Shown here one piece after another: positions 46,395 through 56,174 of a stretch of 64,000 nucleotides of DNA. The notes below the pieces were generated by a model, which had not been told where the DNA came from, searched no databases, and saw only the letters and a list, made by a program, of their open reading frames with translations. The translations under genes were made by a program, and so were the position numbers. The first letter of the stretch is position 1, and each line of letters starts with the position of its first letter. Where the stretch lies: assembly GCA_045616265.1 (NCBI GenBank), contig JAZLGK010000211.1:5056-69055 (forward strand), written 5' to 3'. The stretch is from Candidatus Limivicinus sp. Lineage in GTDB: Bacteria; Bacillota; Clostridia; Oscillospirales; Oscillospiraceae.

Positions 46395-46423
46395 TTGATT
46401 TCCTACCAATCTTATGGTATATT
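46395..46423 (+). promoter_or_regulatory. Promoter of the Rrf2-iscS-iscU operon
   Basis: TTGATT, 17-nt spacer (ending in the extended -10 TG), TATATT. Confidence 0.5.
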
Positions 46424-46454
46424 AAATTCATAGGAATAGGAGATAATATCGATT

Positions 46455-46883
46455 ATGAATATAACAAGCAAAGGGCGGTATGCCCTTCGGGTGATGCTCG
46501 ATCTGGCGGAGAACAGTCAGGACAAGCCGATCTCTTTGAAAACCGTTGCCGACAGGCAGAATATTTCCATGAAATACCTTGAGGGTATCGTGGGAGAGAT
46601 GAAAAAGAATAATCTGCTGGAAAGTGTCCGCGGCAAGGAGGGCGGCTATCGGCTGACCTTGAGTCCGGATAAAATGACGGTGGGCCGTATTCTTCGCTGC
46701 GTGGAGGACAATCTTGCCCCGGTCTCCTGCATAAAACAGGGGAGCGTTTCGTGCGAAAAAGCCGATTTCTGCCGTACTCTTCCGATGTGGATGGAGCTGG
46801 ACGAGATCACCAACAATTATCTTGATACGATCACTCTCAACGATCTTCTGACCGGCGAGAAATGGAAAGATAATCGATTGTAA
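46455..46883 (+). CDS. Rrf2-family transcriptional regulator (IscR/CymR-like)
   Basis: The N-terminal ITSKGRYALRVMLDLAENSQDKPISLKTVADRQNISMKYLEGIV is a canonical Rrf2 wHTH. A Cys cluster (C..C.....C) is present. Confidence 0.85.
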   Translation: MNITSKGRYALRVMLDLAENSQDKPISLKTVADRQNISMKYLEGIVGEMKKNNLLESVRGKEGGYRLTLSPDKMTVGRILRCVEDNLAPVSCIKQGSVSCEKADFCRTLPMWMELDEITNNYLDTITLNDLLTGEKWKDNRL

Positions 46884-47008
46884 AACTAAAGCTTTACAAT
46901 CGAGAACTCGCGCTTATCGCATCGGGCTAAAGCCCTCTTTGGTCGGCGCGAGAGACTCGCATCGCTCGCCTCAGTGAGTTTTTGAGACGGCAGAGCTGTC
47001 TCAAAAAC
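46873..47008. repeat. Structured intergenic repeat, copy B (inverted relative to 25062-25193)
   Basis: Its reverse complement aligns with copy A. The terminal hairpin overlaps the last codons and stop of the Rrf2 gene. Confidence 0.7.
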
Positions 47009-47076
47009 ATAAAAAGATTATAAACAAGTTTTGCGTTATACGAATGATTGGAAACAAGGAAAGAAAGGAAAAAGAA

Positions 47077-48264
47077 ATGTTTGTTTACGCCGACAATGCC
47101 GCGACTACCAGCGTCAGCAAAACCGCGCTGGACGCGATGATACCGTATCTGACCGAGAAATACGGCAACCCCTCAAGCCTTTATGCTTTCGCGCAGGACG
47201 TGAAGGAAGGTCTGGAAGCCGCCCGCGAGACGGTCGCCAAATGCATAAACGCAAGCCCCAGGGAGATATACTTCACCTCCGGCGGAAGCGAGGCCGATAA
47301 TCAGGCGATCGTTTCAGCCGCCAAGGTGGGCGCAAGGAAGGGCAAAAAGCACATCGTCTCCACAAAGTTTGAGCACCACGCGGTTCTCCACACCCTGAAA
47401 AAGCTGGAAAAAGAGGGCTTTGAGGTAACGCTTCTTGATGTCCACGCGGATGGCGTTGTGACGGTCGAGGACGTGAAAAACGCGCTTCGTGAAGATACCT
47501 GCCTTGTGACGGTCATGTTTGCCAATAACGAGATCGGCACTGTGCAGCCCATCGCCGAGATCGGCGCTCTCTGCCGCGAGAAGAAGGTCCCCTTCCACAC
47601 GGACGCCGTGCAGGCCGCGGGACATATGCCCATTGACGTGGAGGCCATGAACATCGATATGCTCGCCATGTCCGGACACAAATTTCACGCTCCCAAGGGC
47701 GTCGGCGTCCTGTATGCCAAAAAGAATATGCCGCTTTTCAACATCATCGAGGGCGGCGCACAGGAAAAGGGCAAACGCGCCGGTACAGAGAATGTTGCGG
47801 GCATCGTCGCCATGGCGGCAGCACTGAAAGAATCCTGCGATAACATGGAGGAAAACACCGCAAAGATCATCCCCATGCGTGACAGGCTTTTTGCCGAGCT
47901 TTCCAAAATACCCCACAGCAAGATCAACGGCAGTCTGGAGCACCATGTCCCCGGCACGGTCAATATGTGCTTTGAGGGCATTGAGGGCGAATCCCTGCTG
48001 CTCATGCTCGATATGAACGGTATCTGTGCCTCTTCCGGCTCTGCCTGCACCTCCGGCTCCCTTGACCCCAGCCATGTGCTTCTGAGTCTCGGTTTGCCCC
48101 ATGAGGTCGCCCACGGTTCACTGCGGCTTTCCATCGGCGAGTACAACACCATGGAAGAGATCGACCACATTATCGAATGCGTTCCGAAGATCGTCGCAAG
48201 ACTGCGCGATATGTCACCGGTGTGGGATGAGCTTGAAAAAGGCGAGAGAAAACATCTTATTTAA
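47077..48264 (+). CDS. iscS: Cysteine desulfurase (NifS/IscS, class V aminotransferase)
   Basis: Contains the PLP-Lys motif [12 protein letters not shown] and the active-site loop [10 protein letters not shown]; ATG at 47077. Confidence 0.9.
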   Translation: MFVYADNAATTSVSKTALDAMIPYLTEKYGNPSSLYAFAQDVKEGLEAARETVAKCINASPREIYFTSGGSEADNQAIVSAAKVGARKGKKHIVSTKFEHHAVLHTLKKLEKEGFEVTLLDVHADGVVTVEDVKNALREDTCLVTVMFANNEIGTVQPIAEIGALCREKKVPFHTDAVQAAGHMPIDVEAMNIDMLAMSGHKFHAPKGVGVLYAKKNMPLFNIIEGGAQEKGKRAGTENVAGIVAMAAALKESCDNMEENTAKIIPMRDRLFAELSKIPHSKINGSLEHHVPGTVNMCFEGIEGESLLLMLDMNGICASSGSACTSGSLDPSHVLLSLGLPHEVAHGSLRLSIGEYNTMEEIDHIIECVPKIVARLRDMSPVWDELEKGERKHLI

Positions 48265-48296
48265 TCATAATAAAAAAACAACAGGAGGTCATTATT

Positions 48297-48728
48297 ATGG
48301 CACTTTACAGCGATAAGGTCATGGATCATTTTCAGAATCCCCGCAATGTCGGCAAGCTTGAGGATGCAAGCGGCGTCGGCGAAGTCGGCAACGCCAAGTG
48401 CGGCGACATCATGCGTATGTATATCAAGGTCGAGGACGGTATCATCGTTGACTGCAAGTTCAACACCTTCGGCTGCGGCAGCGCGATTGCCACCAGCTCC
48501 ATGGCGACCGAGCTTATCAAAGGCAAGCCGGTAGAAGAAGCCTTGAAGCTTTCCAATCAGGCGGTCGTTGAGGCGCTGGACGGTCTGCCCCCTCAGAAGA
48601 TCCACTGCTCCGTTCTGGCGGAAGAGGCAGTCCAGGCGGCAGTCAGAGACTACTACGACAAAAACGGCATAGAGTACGACCCCAACATCTTCCGCCCCGT
48701 ACACAACTGCGAAGCCTGTGAGGGATAA
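48297..48728 (+). CDS. iscU: Fe-S cluster assembly scaffold (IscU/NifU N-terminal type)
   Basis: Contains GNAKCGDIMRMYIKV, FGCGSAIATSS and KIHCSVLAEEA, giving the three conserved Cys. Confidence 0.9.
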   Translation: MALYSDKVMDHFQNPRNVGKLEDASGVGEVGNAKCGDIMRMYIKVEDGIIVDCKFNTFGCGSAIATSSMATELIKGKPVEEALKLSNQAVVEALDGLPPQKIHCSVLAEEAVQAAVRDYYDKNGIEYDPNIFRPVHNCEACEG

Positions 48729-48887
48729 TACTAATCTCTGATAGAAAGTGCAAATCTGAAGCGGTTTGATTTCCGTCATATTTCGTTAAAGCCCTTGGAA
48801 ATACGAAAGTATTCCCTGCGGGCTTTGCCTCATCTGACGAAAATCATCTTCGCTTCATTTTTTGCACTTCTTATCAGAGATTAGTAT
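48727..48887. repeat. ~160-nt rod-like imperfect palindrome capped by a GAAA tetraloop, starting at the iscU stop codon
   Basis: Outer arms are ACTAATCTCTGATAGAAAGTGCAAA / TTTGCACTTCTTATCAGAGATTAGT. Nested arms are TGAAGCG/CGCTTCA, TGATTTCCGTCA/TGACGAAAATCA and AAAGCCC/GGGCTTT. The tip is ATAC-GAAA-GTAT. Confidence 0.6.
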
Positions 48888-48903
48888 AAAAAAGCATAAA
48901 AAG

Positions 48904-48945
48904 AAAAAGTCTTGAAACTGAAAAACAGCTTCAAGGCTTTTTTTA
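48904..48945. terminator. Bidirectional terminator between iscU and the convergent TA operon
   Basis: 13-bp stem AGTCTTGAAACTG / CAGCTTCAAGGCT flanked by AAAA and TTTTTTT. Confidence 0.7.
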
Positions 48946-48952
48946 GTATTGA

Positions 48953-49255
48953 TTACAACAAGCGCGAATAGTCCCGTCTTGCATATAAAATGCGGTGTAT
49001 CTGTACGGTATTGCCGGAAACGATGTAGAACACAAGGTAATTTTTGACTCTTATATAGCGGTAGCCCTTTGCGGCCAGAGACAGATCACGCGGATGCGGA
49101 TAGCGCAGCGGCATAGAGGACAAAGACGCGATCTCCGACACGATCAAATCGTAATATCGAAGGGCGGCATCTTTTGAAAGTGTATTGAGATAATCCACGA
49201 TCTCCTGCAGGTCGCGCTGTGCAGAGGGAAAAATTTTTATCTCATAGGCTTCCAT
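48953..49255 (-). CDS. ParE/RelE-family type II toxin
   Basis: This is a 100-aa protein: IKIFPSAQRDLQEIVDYL...YRYIRVKNYLVFYIVSGNTVQIHRILYARRDY. It overlaps the upstream antitoxin gene by 14 nt. Confidence 0.8.
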   Translation of the reverse strand: MEAYEIKIFPSAQRDLQEIVDYLNTLSKDAALRYYDLIVSEIASLSSMPLRYPHPRDLSLAAKGYRYIRVKNYLVFYIVSGNTVQIHRILYARRDYSRLL

Positions 49256-49514
49256 GTACACTCTCCCGGAGCTTTGCCGCAAAAGAAAGAAAATCCTCTC
49301 CCCCGACTCCGTCAGTGATCTCCCGCTCCGCAACGGCTAATTTCCCATACAGATCAATAAGCGACATGCGCCTTTCGTATTCTTCAATATTGAGCAATAC
49401 CATGTCTCCGGTGCCGTTGCGGGTGATATAGACCGGCTCACGTGTCTGCCGACAGAAGTCGGAAATTTCGTTTGCATTATTCCTCAACTCTGAAATAGGC
49501 CGGATGTTTGGCAT
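49242..49514 (-). CDS. Phd/YefM-family type II antitoxin
   Basis: IRPISELRNNANEISDFCRQTREPVYITRNGTGDMVLLNIEEYE is a typical Phd/YefM N-terminal domain. Confidence 0.8.
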   Translation of the reverse strand: MPNIRPISELRNNANEISDFCRQTREPVYITRNGTGDMVLLNIEEYERRMSLIDLYGKLAVAEREITDGVGGEDFLSFAAKLRESVHGSL

Positions 49515-49610
49515 AGAATCATCTCCTTACAAATAGTATAGCAAAATATTGAGCAAATATCAATGCTTATTTTGCTTTAACCGTTTGCGAAGAAAACAGC
49601 TGTCAGGACT

Positions 49611-52600
49611 TTATTTTACCACCACATTCTCTTCGCCCAGCATTTCTTTCAGCTCGTCTATAAGCGCGGGATGGATGATGCAGCGGGCGGAGAGTTTTTT
49701 CTTTTCGTCCGCGAGATAGAGGATCATCTGCTGACTGCCGGGGAACATTGTCATGATAAGCTCAATTCTTTTAAACTCCCTGCAGCTCCGATTCGGGAGC
49801 TTTACCCACAGCGTCGCGTTTTCCGGTATTTTCTGCGCCTTCTTTGCGGACGGCTCAACGCTTCCGATGTCTTCGATCGGACGGACGCTTTCAACCATCA
49901 GCTGCGGCTCCTTCTCATCGCGCACGGAAATGCGCCCTTTGACGATGATGGCGGAATTGGCTGTCAGATACATGGAGCTGACGTCGAGCACCTTCTGAAA
50001 AGCAATCATTTCCATACTGCCCGTGTCGTCTTCCAGCGTGACATAGGACATGAGAGAATTATTCTTTGTCGTGCGGGTCTTGGCGGCGCTGACGACTCCG
50101 GCCACGGTGACGATCTGTCCGTCTTCAAACCTCATCGGCCCGCCTTCGGCAGCAAAGTCACCCATGACCGCGCCGATCGGCGTCACACCGGCTCTGCGCA
50201 CAGCCTCGCGGTACTCGTCCATCGGGTGCCCGGTGAGGTACATACCGGTAATTTCTTTTTCCAGCATCATCATCTCGCGGGGAGTATACTCGGGAATATC
50301 CGGTAAAGGAATGCTCTCACGCCGTGCCTCAGTCTGCTCGGAAAAATCGCCGAACAGGTCAAGCTGACCGGATACGTTGTCCTTGTTGGCTCTGGCGATG
50401 CTTTCCAGCACTGCGCCGACAATGCCGGAAAGAGGCTTGCGTTTATAGCCGAGAGAGTCAAACGCTCCGGCCTTTACAAGACTTTCTACGGCGCGGCGGT
50501 TCATTTCCTTGCCGCTCATGCGTCTGCAGAAATCCTCAAAGCTCGTGAAAAGACCGTTTTCGCTGCGCTCCGCGACCATGCTGTCGATCGCGCCCCAACC
50601 GATACCTTTGATGGCTACCAGCCCGAAACGAAGGTCGTTTCCCGAAACCGTGAAGTTGGAATCCGATTCGTTCACGTCCGGCGGCAAAAGCCGGATACCC
50701 ATTTCGCGGCACTCGGCGATGTATATGGCGACTTTGTCGGTGTTTTCAAGCACGGAAGTGATCAGCGCCGCCATATATTCCTGCGGATAATAGTGCTTCA
50801 TATAGGCAGTGCGGTAGGCGACGATCGCGTAACAGACCGCGTGCGCCTTATTGAAGGCGTAGCTTGCAAAGTCGATGATTTCGTCATAAATGCTGTTGGC
50901 GATATCCTCCGGTACACCGTTTCTGACCGCGCCGGGGATGGAACGGCTCTCGTCTCCGTGGACAAAAGCCACACGTTCCGCATCGATGACCTTGTGCTTT
51001 TTCTTGGACATGGCGCGGCGGATCATATCTGCCTGACCGAGGGAAAAGCCCGCTAAACGGCGGAAAATTTCAATGACCTGCTCCTGATAGACGATACAGC
51101 CGTAGGTGACTTCCAGAATCGGTCTTAATAACTCGTGCTTATAGCGTATGCGCTCCGGGTGTGCCGAACACTCGATAAACCGCGGTATGCTGTCCATCGG
51201 TCCGGGGCGGTAGAGGGAAATGATAGCGGTGATATCTTCAATACTCTTGGGACGCAGGCGGGTACAGACACTCGTCATGCCGACGCTTTCAAGCTGGAAA
51301 ACACCGCTTGTGTGTCCGGCGGAGATCATTTCAAATACGCCCTTATCGTCATCGGGAACGTTTTCTATCCGAAAATCCGGCACTTTCCTGCGTACAAGCT
51401 GCACGGCTTCTTCCAGAACCGTGAGGTTGCGAAGCCCTAAAAAGTCCATTTTCAGAAGTCCCAGCTCTTCGAGCGTGGTCATCGGATACTGACAGACAAC
51501 GGAATCGTCGTTTTTGGCGAGTGGAACGTACTCATATACCGGCTTTTCGGTGATAACGACGCCGGCGGCATGAGTGGAAGCGTGGCGCGGCATTCCCTCA
51601 AGTGCCTGTGCCACATCGATGAGCTGCTTATACTTGGGGTTTTCCGGGGATTCATACATATCCTTGAGAGGCTTGGAAAGTCCGAGAGCCTCTTTGATAG
51701 TCATATTAAGCGCACCCGGGCCGCCGGGGATCTGCTTGGCAACGGCGTCGGTCTCGGCATAGCTGACCGAAAGAGCCCTGCCTGTATCCCGCACCGCAAG
51801 CCGTGCCGCCATCGTACCGAAGGTGACGATCTGCGCGACGTGGTCGCTGCCATACAGGCGGTTTACATAATCTATAACCTCGCCGCGGCGGTTAACGCAG
51901 AAGTCAACGTCTATATCCGGCATGGAAACACGTTCAGGGTTTAAGAAGCGTTCAAAAAAGAGACTGTATTTAATGGGGTCAACATCGGTTATGTTGAGGC
52001 AATAGGAGACCATGCTGCCTGCCGCGCTGCCTCTGCCGGGACCGACGGGGATACCGCTTTTCTTGGCAAAGCCGATGAAGTCGGAAACTATGAGGAAATA
52101 ATCCACAAAGCCCATGCGGTGGATCATGTCGAGCTCATATTCAAGCTGTTTGTGAAGCTCCGGACGGTTGGGATAGCGCTTTGCAAAGCCCTCGTCGCAG
52201 AGCTTTTTCAGATACTCCCAGCTATCCGTCTCACCCTCCGGCAATTTAAAGCGCGGCAGATGATAGTGACCGAAAACAAAATCAAAATTGCATTTTTCGG
52301 CAATTTTTACGGTGTTGTCGGCGGCCTCGGGCTGCTCCGGGAAAAGAGAGCGCATCTCATCCTCGGTTTTGAGATACAGCTCATTTGTCTCAAAGCGCAT
52401 ACGGTTTGGCTCGTCCACGGTCTTGCCCGTTTGGATGCACATCAGTACATCCTGATAGTAGGCGTCATCCTTCTCGGCGTAGTGGGCGTCGTTGGTGAGG
52501 GCAAGCGGGATGCCGGTCTCGCGACTCAGCTTTATAAGTCCGTTGGCGGCAAGCTTTTCCTCGCGGATGCCGTGATCCTGAATTTCCAGATAAAAATCCT

Positions 52601-53099
52601 CACCGAAAAGCTCTTTCAGCTCCAGCGCTTTCGCTTTTGCACCCTCATAATCGCCTTTAACAAGCTTCTGCGGGATCTCCCCTGCGAGACAGCCGGACAG
52701 ACACACAAGCCCCTCGGCGTGTCCGTGCAGAAGCTCCCAGTCAATGCGCGGCTTGACGTAAAAGCCCTCGGTGAACGCCATGGAGACAAGATAGCAGAGG
52801 TTTTTATAGCCGGTCTCGTTTTTGCACAGGAGTATGAGATGGGAGTAATCGTTGTCAAGCCCGTGCTCTTTGTCCGTCATCCTTCGGGGTGCAACATACA
52901 CCTCGCAGCCTATGATGGGCTTTATCCCCGCGCTCTGACAGGCTTTATAAAACGCCACCGCGCCGTACATCACGCCGTGGTCGGTGATCGCAAGGGCGCT
53001 TTGACCCATGGCCTTTGCCTGCTCAGCGATCTTATCGATCCGACAAGCTCCGTCAAGGAGAGAGTATTCGGTATGAACATGTAAGTGTACAAAGCTCAT
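49611..53099 (-). CDS. dnaE: DNA polymerase III alpha subunit
   Basis: The PHP domain FVHLHVHTEYSLLDG is present and the sequence is collinear with DnaE over about 1160 aa. ATG 53099 has GGAG 6 nt upstream; the ORF-track TTG at 53111 is less likely. Confidence 0.95.
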   Translation of the reverse strand: MSFVHLHVHTEYSLLDGACRIDKIAEQAKAMGQSALAITDHGVMYGAVAFYKACQSAGIKPIIGCEVYVAPRRMTDKEHGLDNDYSHLILLCKNETGYKNLCYLVSMAFTEGFYVKPRIDWELLHGHAEGLVCLSGCLAGEIPQKLVKGDYEGAKAKALELKELFGEDFYLEIQDHGIREEKLAANGLIKLSRETGIPLALTNDAHYAEKDDAYYQDVLMCIQTGKTVDEPNRMRFETNELYLKTEDEMRSLFPEQPEAADNTVKIAEKCNFDFVFGHYHLPRFKLPEGETDSWEYLKKLCDEGFAKRYPNRPELHKQLEYELDMIHRMGFVDYFLIVSDFIGFAKKSGIPVGPGRGSAAGSMVSYCLNITDVDPIKYSLFFERFLNPERVSMPDIDVDFCVNRRGEVIDYVNRLYGSDHVAQIVTFGTMAARLAVRDTGRALSVSYAETDAVAKQIPGGPGALNMTIKEALGLSKPLKDMYESPENPKYKQLIDVAQALEGMPRHASTHAAGVVITEKPVYEYVPLAKNDDSVVCQYPMTTLEELGLLKMDFLGLRNLTVLEEAVQLVRRKVPDFRIENVPDDDKGVFEMISAGHTSGVFQLESVGMTSVCTRLRPKSIEDITAIISLYRPGPMDSIPRFIECSAHPERIRYKHELLRPILEVTYGCIVYQEQVIEIFRRLAGFSLGQADMIRRAMSKKKHKVIDAERVAFVHGDESRSIPGAVRNGVPEDIANSIYDEIIDFASYAFNKAHAVCYAIVAYRTAYMKHYYPQEYMAALITSVLENTDKVAIYIAECREMGIRLLPPDVNESDSNFTVSGNDLRFGLVAIKGIGWGAIDSMVAERSENGLFTSFEDFCRRMSGKEMNRRAVESLVKAGAFDSLGYKRKPLSGIVGAVLESIARANKDNVSGQLDLFGDFSEQTEARRESIPLPDIPEYTPREMMMLEKEITGMYLTGHPMDEYREAVRRAGVTPIGAVMGDFAAEGGPMRFEDGQIVTVAGVVSAAKTRTTKNNSLMSYVTLEDDTGSMEMIAFQKVLDVSSMYLTANSAIIVKGRISVRDEKEPQLMVESVRPIEDIGSVEPSAKKAQKIPENATLWVKLPNRSCREFKRIELIMTMFPGSQQMILYLADEKKKLSARCIIHPALIDELKEMLGEENVVVK

Positions 53100-53134
53100 A
53101 GTTTGCTCCAAATATATATCAAAGTGGAAAGTTG

Positions 53135-53184
53135 AAAGTGAAAAGTGGAATTATCCCGCAATTTCACTTTCCACTTTTCACTTT
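53135..53184. repeat. Inverted repeat built from GTGAAAA/GTGGAAA heptamers, spanning the stop codon of the AAA gene
   Basis: AAAGTGAAAAGTGGAA (53135-53150) pairs with TTCCACTTTTCACTTT (53169-53184). It could be a weak terminator or processing hairpin upstream of dnaE. Confidence 0.45.
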
Positions 53185-54626
53185 TCACTTTCGTTGTCTT
53201 CCTCGTCTTCAAGGTCTTCCGCCGTGATCGCCATCAGATCATCCCTTGTCGGCGCTTCCATGGCGGCAAGGCGGTTGGCCTGATTGACGATCGTATATTC
53301 AAAGCAGTTTCTTACATCGCGTCCGTTGCCGAAGTTGTCGCCGCGGTTTTCGTAAAGCTCCGTGAACATCTCACGCGCTTTCTTCTCCGCATCCTCGGTG
53401 AGAACATAGCTGTTCTTTTTGCACTGACTCTTGAATATCTCCAAAAGCTGGTCGCCGTTATAGTCCTCAAAGAAGAAATACTTGTTGAAAGGGGAGGCAA
53501 GCCCCGGGTTGGAATCGAGAAAACCGTTCATCGGCTCGGTGTAGCCGGCGACTATAACGATAAGGTCGTCTCTGTGATCCTCCATCGCCTTTAAAATAGT
53601 CTCTATCGCCTCGCGTCCGAAGTCGTTCTCTCCGCCGGAGGAGAGGGAGTATGCCTCGTCGATGAACAGTACGCCGCCGAGTGCGGATTTGATGGCCCCC
53701 TGCGTTTTAAGCGCGGTCTGCCCCACGTAGCCCGCGACAAGTCCCGAGCGGTCGACTTCCACAAGCTGTCCCTTGCTCAGAACGCCGATGGCGGCATAGA
53801 GACCGCTCACCAGTCTTGCGACGGTGGTCTTGCCGGTGCCGGGGTTGCCCATGAACACCATGTGCAGACTCATGGGAGCAACAGGCAGGTCGTTGTCCTG
53901 ACGGAGCTTGCGCACCTTTACGAGATTGATGAGGTTTTTGACGTCCTTTTTGATGTTCTCAAGTCCGACAAGCTCATCAAGCTGTGCCATAAGCTCGTCA
54001 AAATCCGGCTTTTCCTGTTCGGTTTCTTCTTTTGGCGTACTTTCCGAAACCGTCGGGGCTCCGCCCGTCTGCGGCTGTAATCTGTCTTTGTTTTTCTCCA
54101 CAAAGCTCGGCTCACCGCTGGTCACATAGTCCATGGGATTGAGCGCCTCGCGGGATTTGCCCACGCCGTTCGTATCGCACACCGCGTTGAGCCTGTCGGC
54201 ACATTCGGTAATGTACTCCGCCTCCGAATAGGTCACATCATCGTCAACTGCCGCCATGTACAGCAGAATATTGGTGAGCATACGGATAAAGGTGCGGGAA
54301 TTCTGTGTGCCGTGCTTTGCGTCATATTCCGCAAGATTCCAGTAGAATACCGGCGGCATGAAAACCTCGCTTTCGCATACGGCGCTCGTGAGGCTCCACA
54401 ACATCCACTTCGGCGGCTGCTGAGAGCGGGAATAGATCTGATTGGCGATGTCCACATGGCTTTGCGTCACGCTTCCCGCATGGCTCCAGAGCTGCAGGGC
54501 GCAGTTGGTCATAAACTGATCCAGCTCCTTGGCCAGCGAGCTTGTACCGAGGCGATAAAAAGCGTCGGTATTGGCAAGATATATTTTGTGAAATTCCTCT
54601 GCGGAACGGTTCCAGGTGGTAGGCAT
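53178..54626 (-). CDS. AAA+ ATPase of the SpoVK/CbbX type with a ~200-aa N-terminal TerB-like domain
   Basis: Contains Walker A GNPGTGKTTVARL and Walker B LFIDEAYSL. The acidic C-terminus is EDLEDEEDNESEK. The start is ATG 54626 (RBS spacing) or 54635. Confidence 0.75.
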   Translation of the reverse strand: MPTTWNRSAEEFHKIYLANTDAFYRLGTSSLAKELDQFMTNCALQLWSHAGSVTQSHVDIANQIYSRSQQPPKWMLWSLTSAVCESEVFMPPVFYWNLAEYDAKHGTQNSRTFIRMLTNILLYMAAVDDDVTYSEAEYITECADRLNAVCDTNGVGKSREALNPMDYVTSGEPSFVEKNKDRLQPQTGGAPTVSESTPKEETEQEKPDFDELMAQLDELVGLENIKKDVKNLINLVKVRKLRQDNDLPVAPMSLHMVFMGNPGTGKTTVARLVSGLYAAIGVLSKGQLVEVDRSGLVAGYVGQTALKTQGAIKSALGGVLFIDEAYSLSSGGENDFGREAIETILKAMEDHRDDLIVIVAGYTEPMNGFLDSNPGLASPFNKYFFFEDYNGDQLLEIFKSQCKKNSYVLTEDAEKKAREMFTELYENRGDNFGNGRDVRNCFEYTIVNQANRLAAMEAPTRDDLMAITAEDLEDEEDNESEK

Positions 54627-54827
54627 AATGAACATCTCCCGTATCTTTTTATAATATACCTATTATATAACAAATCCGATTTTTATCAAGAGAAAACAAA
54701 ACAGAGAGCATCAGAACGTGTGGAGGAGCGATTTTTTGTGACTTTATCATTGATTCCTCCGGAAAAAAGGAGTACCATACAGGTTATGCAAAAAATGATT
54801 TTCTGCATGGCAAAAGGAGAAGAGAAG

Positions 54828-55310
54828 ATGTTGTTTGTGTTTCTGCTGCTGTTTTTCGTTGTCCTGAACGGCAGGATAACCTGGGAAATCATGCTGGTCG
54901 GCGTCATCCTCTGTACGCTTACGGATGTTCTCGCCTGCAGAGTGCTGGGATGGAACAGAGAAAAATCGAAAAAGCTCCTGCGCCTTATCCCGGCGGGCGT
55001 CGGCTATATGCTTCTTGTCTTCCGGGAAATCATCAAAGCAAATTTTGCTGTCATAAGAATCATCCTCAGTCCCGAACTCCAAGGGATGGAACCGGCGCTG
55101 TTCACCTTTGACAGCCATTTGAAGTCCGATTTTGCCCGCACGGTTCTCGCCGACAGCATCACCATCACTCCGGGCACCTACACGGTGAAGACCGAAGGGG
55201 AAAAGCTCACCGTCCACCGGCTGGGAGACGCTTTTAATTTTGAGGACAATGACCTTTGCTTTAATGTAAGACTTTGCGGTATCGAGAAAAAGGAGAGTGA
55301 GCGGCGATGA
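54828..55310 (+). CDS. mnhE: Mrp/Mnh antiporter subunit E (MbhA-like)
   Basis: 160 aa, with N-terminal TM helices followed by ITITPGTYTV. The RBS GGAG lies 8 nt upstream of ATG 54828. Confidence 0.7.
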   Translation: MLFVFLLLFFVVLNGRITWEIMLVGVILCTLTDVLACRVLGWNREKSKKLLRLIPAGVGYMLLVFREIIKANFAVIRIILSPELQGMEPALFTFDSHLKSDFARTVLADSITITPGTYTVKTEGEKLTVHRLGDAFNFEDNDLCFNVRLCGIEKKESERR

Positions 55311-55603
55311 ATGTACAGGAGATCGAATTTCTCAAGACCGTGTTTCTGATCGTTCTCGGCATCATCGGTCTGGGCTGTATTGCCGTGCTTGTCTACGGCG
55401 TCGTGTCCGGGCGATTTACGGACAAGCTGGTTGCGGTAAACCTTGTGACGACCCTTTCCCTTAATGCGATTTGTATGCTGGCAGTTTATTTTAAGCAGGA
55501 CTATGTGCTGGACATCGCCCTTATTTACGCGCTTCTGAGCTTTACCGCCGTTGTGGTGCTGGCAAAGCTTTTAGGGGAGAAGAACGGAGGAGGAAAAAAA
55601 TGA
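55307..55603 (+). CDS. mnhF: Mrp/Mnh antiporter subunit F
   Basis: 98 aa with three TM helices; DKLVAVNLVTT and DIALIYALLSF are typical. ATGA overlap with mnhE. Confidence 0.75.
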   Translation: MNVQEIEFLKTVFLIVLGIIGLGCIAVLVYGVVSGRFTDKLVAVNLVTTLSLNAICMLAVYFKQDYVLDIALIYALLSFTAVVVLAKLLGEKNGGGKK

Positions 55604-55920
55604 TACGTGCCTGTTTCGGCGCTGTCTTTCTGATTCTCGGTGCAGCTGCCTTTGTGCTTTCTCTCGTGGGCGTGTTTCGTTTCAAATACATCCTCAACCG
55701 TCTGCACGCCTCCGCCGTCGCGGACACTCTCGGGACACTGTGCATCTGCATCGGACTTTTTATCATCCGCGGCTTTTGCCTTGCCTCGCTCAAGCTTGTT
55801 CTTATCGTTCTCGCCATGTGGATCACCGGCCCTGTCTGTACCAACCGTATCGCCGCCGCAGAGCTGACCACCTCCGACGAATATAAAAAGCATCTTAAGG
55901 AGGAAGGATCATGCAAATAG
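55600..55920 (+). CDS. mnhG: Mrp/Mnh antiporter subunit G
   Basis: 106 aa; RFKYILNRLHASAVADTLG is a typical MnhG motif. It overlaps mnhF. Confidence 0.75.
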   Translation: MIRACFGAVFLILGAAAFVLSLVGVFRFKYILNRLHASAVADTLGTLCICIGLFIIRGFCLASLKLVLIVLAMWITGPVCTNRIAAAELTTSDEYKKHLKEEGSCK

Positions 55921-56174
55921 TATCTCTGGTGCTTATGTGCTTCCTCATTGTCTGCGCCGTCTGTGCGTCGTTAAGTAAAAGTTTATTCAACACCGTGCTG
56001 ATCTTCATGGGCTTCGGCATTGTGATGAGCGTGATATGGCTCATTCTGCAGGCTCCCGATCTGAGCATCACCGAGGCCGCCGTCGGCGTGGGAGTCGATT
56101 CGGTGCTGTACTTCCTGACGCTCAAAAAGCTGAAGGCTTTGAAAGGAGGAGAGAAGAGCGATGACATGGAATAA
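55911..56174 (+). CDS. Small membrane protein, DUF4040 / MbhD-like (N-terminal MnhB-related module)
   Basis: 87 aa with three TM helices; APDLSITEAAVGVG is typical of the family. Confidence 0.6.
   Translation: MQIVSLVLMCFLIVCAVCASLSKSLFNTVLIFMGFGIVMSVIWLILQAPDLSITEAAVGVGVDSVLYFLTLKKLKALKGGEKSDDME

Noticed and set aside
53123-53190. Repeated GTGAAAA/GTGGAAA heptamers looked like a short tandem array or a CRISPR-like repeat.
   Set aside because: There are only a few degenerate units, arranged as one inverted repeat with no spacers. One arm is simply the acidic C-terminal coding sequence of the AAA gene, so this is best read as a hairpin.
54312-54827. A 172-aa upstream extension of the mnhE ORF.
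   Set aside because: The extension overlaps the AAA ATPase gene on the opposite strand and the intergenic promoter region. MnhE proteins are about 160 aa, and ATG 54828 has a proper RBS.
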